This document shows positions 1 to 8,055 of a stretch of 20,000 nucleotides of DNA, piece by piece. Source of the DNA: an uncultured virus (IMG/VR IMGVR_UViG_3300006467_000197) (Duplodnaviria > Heunggongvirae > Uroviricota > Caudoviricetes). The notes beneath the pieces were generated by a model. The model searched no databases and was not told where the DNA came from. It saw nothing but the letters and a program-made list of their open reading frames with translations. Numbering within the stretch: position 1 is the stretch's first letter; every line of letters begins with the position of its first letter. The translations under genes and the position numbers were made by a program. The stretch lies in the IMG/VR virus record IMGVR_UViG_3300006467_000197; one strand, 5' to 3'.

Positions 1-473
1 GAGAGCGGCGCGGGATTACCGAACTTGTCCAGCTCACCTTTATCGATTGTATATTCAAGATACACAAAGTGTTTATGCTTTTTGTCGCAATTGCAAGGCT
101 CCGGTTGGAGACAACCGTGATACTGTCGCCTCCATTCGCCGTTATTATCTTTCTGACCGCAACCAGAACAAACCCAATCACCCCAAAGATTGTCCTTGTA
201 TTTTTCAAGGCGCGGCAACCACTTCTGCACATTCTCGTGCACAGCCGTGCCAATTCCGGTATAGAAGCCGGAACGATAACCTTCTTCGAAACCAATGATG
301 CCACTGATTCTATTTTCAAGGTCGAGAATTGGACAGTACGGGAAAGAAGAGGACCGGAACTCACTGCGCTTATCGATACCGCCTGAAGCCGTTTCCAGTT
401 CAGTGAATATTCCTTCGATAAAGTCGTTGAACTTCTTTGACTGTTCGTATTCTGTATAAAGAGCTTCGCCCAA
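1..473 (-). CDS. Cas4-like / PD-(D/E)XK family exonuclease with Cys-rich insertion (partial, runs off window start)
   Basis: Not in the ORF track. Open frame from TTG at 473 with GGAG upstream: MGEALYTEYEQSKKFNDFIEGIF...FRSSSFPYCP...YTGIGTAVHENVQKW...WVCSGCGQ...GCLQPEPCNC...YLEY. SS-x3-CP and G-x3-H are the N-terminal hallmarks of Cas4/AddB-like nucleases. Catalytic motifs would lie outside the window. Confidence 0.7.
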   Translation of the reverse strand, partial: MGEALYTEYEQSKKFNDFIEGIFTELETASGGIDKRSEFRSSSFPYCPILDLENRISGIIGFEEGYRSGFYTGIGTAVHENVQKWLPRLEKYKDNLWGDWVCSGCGQKDNNGEWRRQYHGCLQPEPCNCDKKHKHFVYLEYTIDKGELDKFGNPAPL

Positions 474-475
474 GA

Positions 476-985
476 CTATCTCCGTGTGTAATCGACAATA
501 TCAAAGGCCGGTGAAGCGTCAGTTGCAAACCCTGTTCTTAGGACAACACCGTTCCACTTCTTTGTATCGTATTCAGGGAAGTACGTATCGGCTTCGAAGT
601 TGGCACGAACGTGAGTGATGATCATTCGGTCAACCAGATTATTTTTCAATACGTACTCGTACAGTTGAGCACCGCCAGCGACAAAAGCTTTTTGTTCTGT
701 TTCTTCTGCGTAGGCGACGGCTTCTTCGTATGACTTGAACGAACCGCCACGCCCTTCCGGTATATTTTCAATATCAGAAGAGGAAATGACTGCGAAGTTT
801 CGTTTAGACAACAAACCCGGCAACCCTTCCCATGTTTTGCGGCCCATAATGAGCAGACTATTGAGTGTCGTTTCTTTGAAAAATTTGAGGTCTTCAGGTA
901 TATACCATGGTAAATTGCCTTTGAAGCCAATTTCACCCGCCCCACCAATAGCCGCAATCAAAACAGGCTTTGAATATTCAGTCAT
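476..985 (-). CDS. folA: Dihydrofolate reductase
   Basis: IG-x4-LPW-x-IPEDLKFFK-x2-T, IMGRKTW, R-N-x2-VISS, GGAQLY and DTYFP motifs; AGGAG RBS upstream. Confidence 0.97.
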   Translation of the reverse strand: MTEYSKPVLIAAIGGAGEIGFKGNLPWYIPEDLKFFKETTLNSLLIMGRKTWEGLPGLLSKRNFAVISSSDIENIPEGRGGSFKSYEEAVAYAEETEQKAFVAGGAQLYEYVLKNNLVDRMIITHVRANFEADTYFPEYDTKKWNGVVLRTGFATDASPAFDIVDYTRR

Positions 986-1097
986 AATCCGCTCCTACGA
1001 ATCCGCTTCATAAAAGGGTTTACAGGGTACAGGAAAGGGGCGTGCGAGTAAGGTATTCTGAAAACTGTTTCTTTGATTTTGCCGGGCTTTGGTGTAG

Positions 1098-1126
1098 GTT
1101 ACTCCGTAGTTTATCTGCGGTATCAT
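1098..1126 (+). promoter_or_regulatory. Possible rightward promoter for the small-gene cluster
   Basis: TATCAT -10-like hexamer at 1121-1126 in the divergent intergenic region, preceded by a small hairpin (CCGTAG-TTTAT-CTGCGG); the -35 match is weak. Confidence 0.35.
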
Positions 1127-1153
1127 ATAGACACTGAAACAAGGAAAGCAGGA

Positions 1154-1423
1154 ATGATCTACAACGCCGAAGAACTGAAAAATAAGCTGCCGAAGCTGGC
1201 CCGTGAAGACTGGCGGCGTGGCACTGTCGAAGAACCGCCTTACGCGTTCATTCGCGATGGCCTGTTGCACGTATCCGCCGAGGAAGGCGACGACGCAGCA
1301 GACTACTACGGCGAGTTTCGCGGCGGTTTTCCGTGGATCAATCCGGTCCTTGAAAATTTCGCTGAAGAAAACGGCTGTTTCTGGGAATGGCAGAATCCCG
1401 GCTGCATCGTTCTGGTACACTGA
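1154..1423 (+). CDS. Hypothetical phage protein (89 aa)
   Basis: ATG at 1154 after AAGGAAAGCAGG; MIYNAEELKNKLPKL...; TGATG coupling to the next gene. Confidence 0.8.
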   Translation: MIYNAEELKNKLPKLAREDWRRGTVEEPPYAFIRDGLLHVSAEEGDDAADYYGEFRGGFPWINPVLENFAEENGCFWEWQNPGCIVLVH

Positions 1424-1617
1424 TGAAACCGAACTTCCTTTATTACGTGTGGTTTGAGAACGAAGCTGCCAGCACGATTGTCATGGGAACGTCGCGCTTC
1501 GGTTACGTCAAAACCACCATCGTATTCTGGGGCCGAGCGATCTATCGATTTATGCCTTGGAACTTCAAACCAACCCGGATTTGTGAAATCCGGCACACCA
1601 TCCGAAAGAAGAGGTAA
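1423..1617 (+). CDS. Hypothetical protein (64 aa)
   Basis: TGATG overlap with the upstream stop; fills the gap to the next RBS. Confidence 0.6.
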   Translation: MKPNFLYYVWFENEAASTIVMGTSRFGYVKTTIVFWGRAIYRFMPWNFKPTRICEIRHTIRKKR

Positions 1618-1624
1618 TTATTCA

Positions 1625-2092
1625 ATGGATATTCAAAAGCTCTCGAAATACGTCAACGCTCACAAGCACTTCCGCGTGCCTGATGACTTTGTTCTCGACA
1701 CCGCCATGATCGACGGTTCCGGCGAAACAATCGAACTTACCTTCGGTGACCTCAAGGAACTGTTTGACATTGCTTACGACAAAGAACTCTCTGAACTGAA
1801 AAATAACCGGATGGCGCAGGCTGCTTGTGCCGTCCTTGGGGGAATCATGGTGACCGAACTCGAACTCGGCCCGCAGTACCAGAAAGAGGCGAGTGACCTC
1901 TGGATGGAAATGATTCACCGGCTCGCGTTCTTCGGCATCCTCGTTCGCGAGTACGACAAGCGCCGTCCTGAATATTTGCTGTTCAAGACGACTGCAACGT
2001 TCCGCGAAATGGCAATCAAGTTCAACATGACACTGACGCCGGAAGCACAAACGGAAGCTATGAACGCTTTCCAAGCCGTAACAGGGAGTTAA
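1625..2092 (+). CDS. Hypothetical protein (155 aa)
   Basis: GAGG RBS at 1611-1614, ATG at 1625 (MDIQKLSK...). Confidence 0.8.
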   Translation: MDIQKLSKYVNAHKHFRVPDDFVLDTAMIDGSGETIELTFGDLKELFDIAYDKELSELKNNRMAQAACAVLGGIMVTELELGPQYQKEASDLWMEMIHRLAFFGILVREYDKRRPEYLLFKTTATFREMAIKFNMTLTPEAQTEAMNAFQAVTGS

Positions 2093-2094
2093 CA

Positions 2095-2355
2095 ATGCCT
2101 CACACGAAACCGCTCTTTGACATAAACCAACTCAATGAATATTGGGAAACATGGTCGAAAGAGTCATTCGCGAAAAACGACAAGAATCCCTTGTCGTTCA
2201 AGCCTCAAGCCCTTCGCTTCGGTCAATACGTCATGAATAAATACCCTGACAACTGGCCGGAGCATTGGGATGATCTGTACAACGAACAAGACCCTCACAA
2301 AACATACGATTGGCTCTGTACGATGATCTATCTGGATTCCCCGAACGCACCCTAA
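2095..2355 (+). CDS. Hypothetical phage protein
   Basis: GGGAG RBS; LRFGQ...N...LYNE pattern seen in small phage proteins. Confidence 0.8.
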   Translation: MPHTKPLFDINQLNEYWETWSKESFAKNDKNPLSFKPQALRFGQYVMNKYPDNWPEHWDDLYNEQDPHKTYDWLCTMIYLDSPNAP

Positions 2356-2383
2356 CCTGACTGCATAAACAGGAGATTTTTTC

Positions 2384-3001
2384 ATGGCTGGACTCAAGAC
2401 GAACCTCGACGCCCTGCTTGGAGAGTCCTTTGGCTTCGACACCAAAGCGCTGATCAAGCATATGGAAGAACAAGCGCCCAACAACAGCTTTATGAATTCC
2501 CTGCTGATGCAGTTTCGCAAGAAAGGCGATCTTTCGCAGCGCCAGTGGGAGGCCTTGAACAACAACCGCCAGAGAGCCTTGAATAATAAGGCTCAGGAGA
2601 AAGACGCTCCGCAGGTGGACTTGTCGAAAATCAAGGAAATGTTCGAGACCGCAATGGGGAATGGCCTGAAGCGTCCAACCCTTCGCGTGGACAATTTGAT
2701 TATTTCAAGGGCTCCGGACTCTGGCGTCAACGCTGGTGCGCTTTACGTCAAAGTGAAGCAGAGCGGTGAAAACGCTTACGCTGGCAAACTCAAAGACGGA
2801 AAGTGGTTTCCGATCCGTGACTTCGCCAAGGATGAAAATATAATCAAGACTCTGCAGGAACTTGCAAAAGACCCGCAAGGCGTGGCATCGACGCACGGAC
2901 GCAAAACCGGAAGCTGTTCAATGTGTGGCCGGGAGCTGACAGACCCGAAAAGCATTGAGTTGGGAATCGGCCCGATCTGTATTGAGAATTGGGGCATCTA
3001 A
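2384..3001 (+). CDS. DUF6011-like Zn-finger phage protein
   Basis: AGGAG RBS; C-terminal CSMCGRELTDPKSIELGIGPIC matches the DUF6011 CxxCGRxLTDxxSxxxGxGPxC pattern. Confidence 0.85.
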   Translation: MAGLKTNLDALLGESFGFDTKALIKHMEEQAPNNSFMNSLLMQFRKKGDLSQRQWEALNNNRQRALNNKAQEKDAPQVDLSKIKEMFETAMGNGLKRPTLRVDNLIISRAPDSGVNAGALYVKVKQSGENAYAGKLKDGKWFPIRDFAKDENIIKTLQELAKDPQGVASTHGRKTGSCSMCGRELTDPKSIELGIGPICIENWGI

Positions 3002-3021
3002 CTCCCTGCAACAATCGGTTG

Positions 3022-3052
3022 AAACGCCCGCTGGACCCCTAGCGGGCGTTTT
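3022..3052 (+). terminator. Intrinsic terminator-like hairpin overlapping a possible promoter
   Basis: AAACGCCCGCT-GGACCCCT-AGCGGGCGTTT(T) 20 nt after the stop; directly followed by TG-C-TATTAT (extended -10-like, 3052-3060). Confidence 0.65.
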
Positions 3053-3091
3053 GCTATTATAAGGCTTGGACTTAACCAAAGGACTGAATAA

Positions 3092-3805
3092 ATGATTGCT
3101 TCACATGAAGACAAGCTGCGCGTGCAACGCTTTCGGGACGCTCGCAATGAACTCATGAATAAACACGGTATGCGGAAGCTGGAACGGAAAACCCGTCTTG
3201 TCGTTTCGATCCTGAAGGACAGCAACCTCAAGCCAGCAAACTTTGTCGATGCAGTCTGGACCGCCGTGAATATTTATAAAGCGCGCACCAGTGCAAAGCA
3301 TTTCGACCTGATCATCATGGCAGGCGCATACGAAGTTATCCGCAATACGACAGAGCTGAGAGAATTCTTCATCGATGGAAAACTCGGCTATTACACCGGG
3401 CGCGTTGATTCACTGATCTGCCTGACGCCTGATGTATTTGAAAATTTCCGGTCGGTTGCAATCACAGACCCTACCAAGCTGGAAGTCGGCAAGACGTATT
3501 ATTCAAATATGTACCCGGAAGTTTTCACCATCGAGGAATTGCAGACAGAAAACGAACACAACAAGGATCGCGGACTTGCGCTGAAAGAAGAAGATTCTGA
3601 CGAGCCTCGTTGGATCAAGTACGACCATCGCAACGGTTACGGTCCGTCTTATATTTCAACACGTGACCGCAACATGGGAGCCAAATATAATTGCTGGCTT
3701 GTCTTCGATGATGAACACCTCGCCGCTGCCGCGAAGAAGATGATCGTCGTTTCGGAGAACCCAAAGTTCGACAAAGAAGAATTCTACAAAACAGACTGGC
3801 AGTAA
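3092..3805 (+). CDS. Hypothetical phage protein (237 aa)
   Basis: AAGGA RBS; long ORF collinear with its neighbours. Confidence 0.85.
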   Translation: MIASHEDKLRVQRFRDARNELMNKHGMRKLERKTRLVVSILKDSNLKPANFVDAVWTAVNIYKARTSAKHFDLIIMAGAYEVIRNTTELREFFIDGKLGYYTGRVDSLICLTPDVFENFRSVAITDPTKLEVGKTYYSNMYPEVFTIEELQTENEHNKDRGLALKEEDSDEPRWIKYDHRNGYGPSYISTRDRNMGAKYNCWLVFDDEHLAAAAKKMIVVSENPKFDKEEFYKTDWQ

Positions 3806-3818
3806 AGGAACTGAAAAA

Positions 3819-4184
3819 ATGGCTGATGTAAATGGACCTATCGCAACTCTGGCTGGTACACACTATGCTGTTCCAGACGGAGCACCCTGCGATACCCATG
3901 TTGATCGTCTCGCCACGGTCCGCGTACAAGGCGAAACAGATTCCATGGGCTGCGAAATGAACGACATGTGCAGCGAGTGCTACGATGAATATTCAAAAGC
4001 ACAGAAGGAAGCGGGCACGAGCGGCACGTGCGAATGGTGCCATACAGAAGTTGAAAAATTAGTCGATGCACGTGACCACGAAGAGGGTTTGTATGGACGC
4101 GTGTATCGTGTATGCAAACCGTGTAAGGACAAACAACGCAATGCCTTATACACGACCGCCTTTGACGATATGTATGACGACTAA
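3819..4184 (+). CDS. Cys-rich putative Zn-binding phage protein
   Basis: AAGGA RBS; CDTH, CSEC, CEWC and CKPC pairs suggest two Zn sites. Confidence 0.8.
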   Translation: MADVNGPIATLAGTHYAVPDGAPCDTHVDRLATVRVQGETDSMGCEMNDMCSECYDEYSKAQKEAGTSGTCEWCHTEVEKLVDARDHEEGLYGRVYRVCKPCKDKQRNALYTTAFDDMYDD

Positions 4185-4195
4185 GGACTGAAAAA

Positions 4196-4432
4196 ATGAA
4201 AGAGTTTGAATTCACAGTTGTTGCTACTGTGCGAGTGCGCATTGAAGTAGAAGATAACCAAACCGGCTTTGATGCACTCGCGAAGGCGCGGCATGGGCTG
4301 ATAGGAAAAAACCTCAAACTGCGTGATTGGGATGACGAAGAGAACCCGCACCAAACAAGGTTTGAGAGTTTCGGCATGAAAATTGAAAATGTAATCGTGG
4401 GTGACCTCGCCCCTTACTTCACAGGAGAATAA
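4196..4432 (+). CDS. Hypothetical protein
   Basis: AAGGACTGAAAAAATG start context, nearly identical to that of the 3819 gene. Confidence 0.8.
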   Translation: MKEFEFTVVATVRVRIEVEDNQTGFDALAKARHGLIGKNLKLRDWDDEENPHQTRFESFGMKIENVIVGDLAPYFTGE

Positions 4433-4435
4433 ACG

Positions 4436-4717
4436 ATGCTTGTCATGCAATCAAAAGACGGACGAATTTTCAAGGTTGGTGATATGGTGATGCTCCATAC
4501 TGATCAACCAGCGAAAGATCATCACGGTCTGCTGACTGTGAATTACGCGCGGATCAAAAGTTTCATGGACCAATCAGAATATCCCGGCGGTATTAAGCTC
4601 GACCGTTCACTTGGTTGTCACAACTACTGGAACGCCAGCGACTTGATCGTGCTCAGTGTACCGCCTGTTCCAGTCGCAGAACTTTCCGATAACAAAGTCT
4701 ACAAGGATTTGAAATAA
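4436..4717 (+). CDS. Hypothetical protein, possible SH3/KOW-like fold
   Basis: AGGAG RBS; FKVGDMV N-terminal motif typical of small beta-barrel phage proteins. Confidence 0.75.
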   Translation: MLVMQSKDGRIFKVGDMVMLHTDQPAKDHHGLLTVNYARIKSFMDQSEYPGGIKLDRSLGCHNYWNASDLIVLSVPPVPVAELSDNKVYKDLK

Positions 4718-5022
4718 TGGGATACAAGACAATCGAGGAGCGCGTTCGAGTCTATGAAAATTGGATGAAAGAACGCGACGAATTCAAAGCCAAGGTCGAA
4801 GCCAACGGTTACGACTATGATGAAGTCATGAAGCCCTCCCGCGAAATCATCCGCAGGGCTTGCCAAGGAAAGCCGAAAGTTCCGCCGCGCAAGTTGCTTG
4901 ATGAAATGCTGAAAAAACAATTACCCAAAGAGAAACGAGAGCAGATCACCGCAGCGGCTTATGACGTATACGAAGAATTGTATCCAGACGACCCGTACCG
5001 TCTCAGCAAACAGAAAGGATGA
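4717..5022 (+). CDS. Hypothetical protein
   Basis: TAATG overlap; AAGGA RBS. Confidence 0.75.
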   Translation: MGYKTIEERVRVYENWMKERDEFKAKVEANGYDYDEVMKPSREIIRRACQGKPKVPPRKLLDEMLKKQLPKEKREQITAAAYDVYEELYPDDPYRLSKQKG

Positions 5023-5028
5023 ATAATC

Positions 5029-5259
5029 ATGAAAGAACAATACATCGGTTACCACCTCACCGGCAACGACGAAAGCGTTCCGGTCGCTACAGCCGACAAT
5101 CGTGAAGAATGCCAAAGGAAGACAATCACGCGTGTGCTTGCTTCCGGAATGGTGGATGGGCAGATAGCCGTCCAACAGCGAAAAGACATTGAGCCGGGAA
5201 TTTTCAAAGAACTTTCCGAACTCATCAACAACTTCTTTGCCGAGCGTGGCATCGAGTAA
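5029..5259 (+). CDS. Hypothetical protein
   Basis: AAAGGA RBS; collinear ORF. Confidence 0.75.
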   Translation: MKEQYIGYHLTGNDESVPVATADNREECQRKTITRVLASGMVDGQIAVQQRKDIEPGIFKELSELINNFFAERGIE

Positions 5260-5273
5260 CAAGGAAATATTCA

Positions 5274-5603
5274 ATGTTGAGAGAACCGACGCTTAAAGAC
5301 GCGCCTGCAATCTGGGAGCCGAACGCAGTTGAGCTGGCAGGCGGACTTTCTGAAGACCGCTATTTGTCCGACCGGGAATTCAATTGCACGCCGGATGAAT
5401 TCGAAAAGCAGATCGACGTTGCCATGGATTTATTTTTCAAAGGCGGGCGACTTGCTGACTTCAGCCTCAAAGTGAAAGAGGGAGTGGACTCAGATAATTT
5501 TCATAAGTGCCTGAGTTGTATGCTTCGCTCTTGGGAGCCGTCGCATGAATCCAAGATGCTGACGGCAGGCCTGTTTATCGCCGCGAACACCGAAGGCATG
5601 TGA
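5274..5603 (+). CDS. Hypothetical phage protein
   Basis: AAGGA RBS; SWEPSHESK motif near the C-terminus. Confidence 0.8.
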   Translation: MLREPTLKDAPAIWEPNAVELAGGLSEDRYLSDREFNCTPDEFEKQIDVAMDLFFKGGRLADFSLKVKEGVDSDNFHKCLSCMLRSWEPSHESKMLTAGLFIAANTEGM

Positions 5604-5613
5604 CTCAACAATG

Positions 5614-5662
5614 GTAAACCCATAACTGGACGTATTTACCGCGTCCGGTTATGGCAGTTTAC
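5614..5662 (+). promoter_or_regulatory. Long stem-loop abutting the RBS of the 5675 gene
   Basis: GTAAAC-CCATAACTGGACG pairs with CGTCCGGTTATGG-(CA)-GTTTAC; GGAG RBS follows at 5663. No U-tract. Confidence 0.55.
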
Positions 5663-5674
5663 GGAGAATTATTC

Positions 5675-5962
5675 ATGGCCATGAAAGTTGAAGTCGTATC
5701 CAAGGCAATCCCGCGTGTCACTGCAGAAATGCTTCCGTGCATGGCGGTGCCTGTAACGCAATCGCTCGCTGCAGAACAGCAAGTGTTTCTTATCACAACC
5801 TTGAAAAATCCAGTGACCACAAAGTCTGAAGTTGCGGCGAGCACTCTCAGCTTTGCTGTGACGCATCTGCAAGGCGAGGGCGGTACAGAAATCGTCAACG
5901 CTACCGAGCTGGCGAAGTATACGCCGGTTGATCCTGACCTTTCTGTCTCTTTGAAAAATTAA
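5675..5962 (+). CDS. Hypothetical protein, paralog of 5977-6273
   Basis: GGAG at 5663-5666, ATG at 5675; VTAEMLPCMA motif. Confidence 0.8.
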   Translation: MAMKVEVVSKAIPRVTAEMLPCMAVPVTQSLAAEQQVFLITTLKNPVTTKSEVAASTLSFAVTHLQGEGGTEIVNATELAKYTPVDPDLSVSLKN

Positions 5963-5976
5963 CAGGAGGCAGGTCG

Positions 5977-6273
5977 ATGCTTAAAATCTCAATCAGCAAG
6001 AAATCAACCGACGTAGTTGTAACGGCAGACATGCTTCCCTGCCTCGCAACGCTGGCTTCCAATCGGGAAAGCCTGTACCTCATTTCCTTGAACCCGGACC
6101 GGGGAATTTTCAGTTCCCTGTGCCTGCGCTCTGGAGCTGAGGACGACGAAACTGCACCGAAGCATCTGGCCGGGAAAAGCTCAGAACACACTGCAGCGGA
6201 GCTTGAATTTTTCATCTTTGTTCCAAACGCCGCAGCGACTTTGAGCAACGGCGAAAAACCAAACTTTGTATAG
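5977..6273 (+). CDS. Hypothetical protein, paralog of 5675-5962
   Basis: AGGAGG RBS; VTADMLPCLA motif. Confidence 0.8.
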   Translation: MLKISISKKSTDVVVTADMLPCLATLASNRESLYLISLNPDRGIFSSLCLRSGAEDDETAPKHLAGKSSEHTAAELEFFIFVPNAAATLSNGEKPNFV

Positions 6274-6294
6274 TAAGCATCGAGAGTAAGTAAT

Positions 6295-6543
6295 ATGAAC
6301 ATCAGCAAGACTTGGGCAGGCATTATTTCAATGATAGCGGCATTCGGCTTTGCCAATTCCATCCTGCTTATCATCGACGCCTTGAAGGCGATTGACGCGG
6401 CACCGACTTGGAGTGGTGCAGAATACAAAGTCTCTGCTGGTGTTCTATTGCTCACTGTTTTTTCAGTTATAGCCGCCAGAACGTTTCTTGTGTTTGGTTG
6501 GCACTACATCAAGCGAGATTCAAATGTCCACCAAACTGAGTAG
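6295..6543 (+). CDS. Small membrane protein (2 predicted TM helices)
   Basis: Two long hydrophobic segments (WAGIISMIAAFGFANSILLII; VSAGVLLLTVFSVIAARTFLVFGW). Confidence 0.7.
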   Translation: MNISKTWAGIISMIAAFGFANSILLIIDALKAIDAAPTWSGAEYKVSAGVLLLTVFSVIAARTFLVFGWHYIKRDSNVHQTE

Positions 6544-6991
6544 AAACCAAGTCACTTATGTTACGCCAATCCAAGCGGTTGTGATGCTAGTGTTATCCAT
6601 TGTCGGATTTATTCAACTGGCGAAGACTCTCTACCGATCAATCAAAGTTGTAATGCTGGCGATCAGTGGTGAGATTTACATCGACCCGAACAATTTTGCG
6701 ATGGTCCTGTTTACAACATCGATCATTGCGGTTGTCCTTTTTTATTCAGTAAAGCACCTGCTTCCAGTTCTCAAGAACTTCCTTTTGGAACCGGTGCTTA
6801 TCCGCGTCCATCTTGTTGCTTTGAAAAAAGGTGACACAATCATCGTGCCTTCGCATGGTGGTAAGAACCATAGTCAAAAGTTCCGCACAATCACCGCAGT
6901 CGGCAATGGCTACGTAATGGCCGGGAACTACGATGGTTCGGATGAAGAAAAATATTCAGAATTCCTTATCAATCAAGAAGACTTGGAGTAG
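6524..6991 (+). CDS. Membrane protein (2 TM helices plus small soluble C-terminal domain)
   Basis: Likely start MSTKLSRN at 6524; two hydrophobic segments followed by an LKKGDTI beta-rich domain. Confidence 0.7.
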   Translation: MSTKLSRNQVTYVTPIQAVVMLVLSIVGFIQLAKTLYRSIKVVMLAISGEIYIDPNNFAMVLFTTSIIAVVLFYSVKHLLPVLKNFLLEPVLIRVHLVALKKGDTIIVPSHGGKNHSQKFRTITAVGNGYVMAGNYDGSDEEKYSEFLINQEDLE

Positions 6992-7001
6992 GAGACGGAA
7001 C

Positions 7002-7271
7002 ATGGAAGATACACTGAATAAATACAGGGCTGGTGACCGAGTAGAAATCGAAATTGATATTCTGTTTCCAAAGTTTGAAGGCGACAGTATCGTTGGCTAT
7101 GAAGACAAGACGACATGGCATCCAGCTACAGTCACCGGAGCCTCAGAATTCGGAATTGCTGTTAGTCACATGATGATCAAAGCGAATGACGATGGTATCT
7201 CTTGCCGAGAGGAGGTCGAAAACGAAATCATCACTGATTTTTCAAAGATAAGAGGTTTCGGAGGAACGTAA
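7002..7271 (+). CDS. Hypothetical protein, possible SH3/Tudor-like
   Basis: AGGAG RBS, ATG at 7002; YRAGDRVEI...WHPATVT pattern. Confidence 0.75.
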   Translation: MEDTLNKYRAGDRVEIEIDILFPKFEGDSIVGYEDKTTWHPATVTGASEFGIAVSHMMIKANDDGISCREEVENEIITDFSKIRGFGGT

Positions 7272-7579
7272 TGAGAGAGATACCTGAAGGCGAGCGCAAG
7301 CTTATCGATGAAGAACTTCGTGCAATGAGCACGGAAGTAAAAACCAGTCTATTGAATAAAGAACTGGAAGGTAAAGGAAACAGCGAGTCTGCGTTGAAGG
7401 CTGTTGCTATGCTCGGCAGCATAGCGGCAATGCGCCCTGTTGAAAGTTCATTCTACAAACGAAAGCCCACCTATCACCCTTCACAAGTGAAATATTTGGA
7501 CAAGGCAAACGCACGTAAGAAGACAAAAACAAAGAACCGCGCCAAGAACAAAGCGGCTCGAAAAGCTCGAAGGAAGTAG
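7271..7579 (+). CDS. Hypothetical protein with highly basic C-terminus
   Basis: GGAGG RBS, TAATG overlap; ends KNRAKNKAARKARRK. Confidence 0.8.
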   Translation: MREIPEGERKLIDEELRAMSTEVKTSLLNKELEGKGNSESALKAVAMLGSIAAMRPVESSFYKRKPTYHPSQVKYLDKANARKKTKTKNRAKNKAARKARRK

Positions 7580-7582
7580 ACC

Positions 7583-7771
7583 ATGAAATATTTGGTAATT
7601 GCTTTTCTCAATATTGGTGTTGCGCTCGCGTATTACTTCACTGTGACGTTCGGTGAGTTCCCAACTCTTATCTCGCGCCCGCAAACCACAATGCAATTCA
7701 TGCTGGCATTCGGCCTCAGTTTGTATAGCTACCTTTCCTTCAAAGGCATCGTCTGGATATTGAAAAAATAA
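7583..7771 (+). CDS. Small membrane protein
   Basis: 62 aa with two hydrophobic stretches; AAGGA RBS. Confidence 0.7.
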   Translation: MKYLVIAFLNIGVALAYYFTVTFGEFPTLISRPQTTMQFMLAFGLSLYSYLSFKGIVWILKK

Positions 7772-7785
7772 GAACAGGTATTGAC

Positions 7786-8037
7786 ATGATTGCTCCGGAA
7801 ATCAAACTCCGCATCAGCCCATTAATATTCAAGAATGCGAAGATGTCAGCAAACGAAATGCGCCTGCGAATTGAGGATGACGCAATCAAGGCGCTATCCC
7901 TGCTACTTGATGAGTTCCGGATGCTTTCACCTGACCAAGTGAACATTGACTTCAGCCCGATCAAGGCAGATAACGAAATCAAAGAATACATCATGATCGC
8001 AACAGTCAAACCGGAATACCTCAACACCAAAAATTGA
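7786..8037 (+). CDS. Hypothetical protein
   Basis: AGGT RBS; collinear ORF. Confidence 0.75.
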   Translation: MIAPEIKLRISPLIFKNAKMSANEMRLRIEDDAIKALSLLLDEFRMLSPDQVNIDFSPIKADNEIKEYIMIATVKPEYLNTKN

Positions 8038-8055
8038 ATAATAAGGAACACAAAG

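Noticed and set aside
47..386. Plus-strand ORFs 47-298 and 69-386
   Set aside because: Antisense shadows of the minus-strand nuclease frame; no RBS or motifs.
476..985. Mobile trimethoprim-resistance dfr cassette
   Set aside because: No attC, integrase or IS context; DHFR is a common nucleotide-metabolism gene in large phages.
995..1596. Minus-strand ORFs 995-1420 and 1306-1596, and the TTG extension from 1073
   Set aside because: They overlap well-supported plus-strand genes; the RBS supports ATG 1154.
6295..7771. Holin/lysis cassette
   Set aside because: Small TM proteins are present but there is no endolysin or spanin, and the context is an early small-gene cluster.
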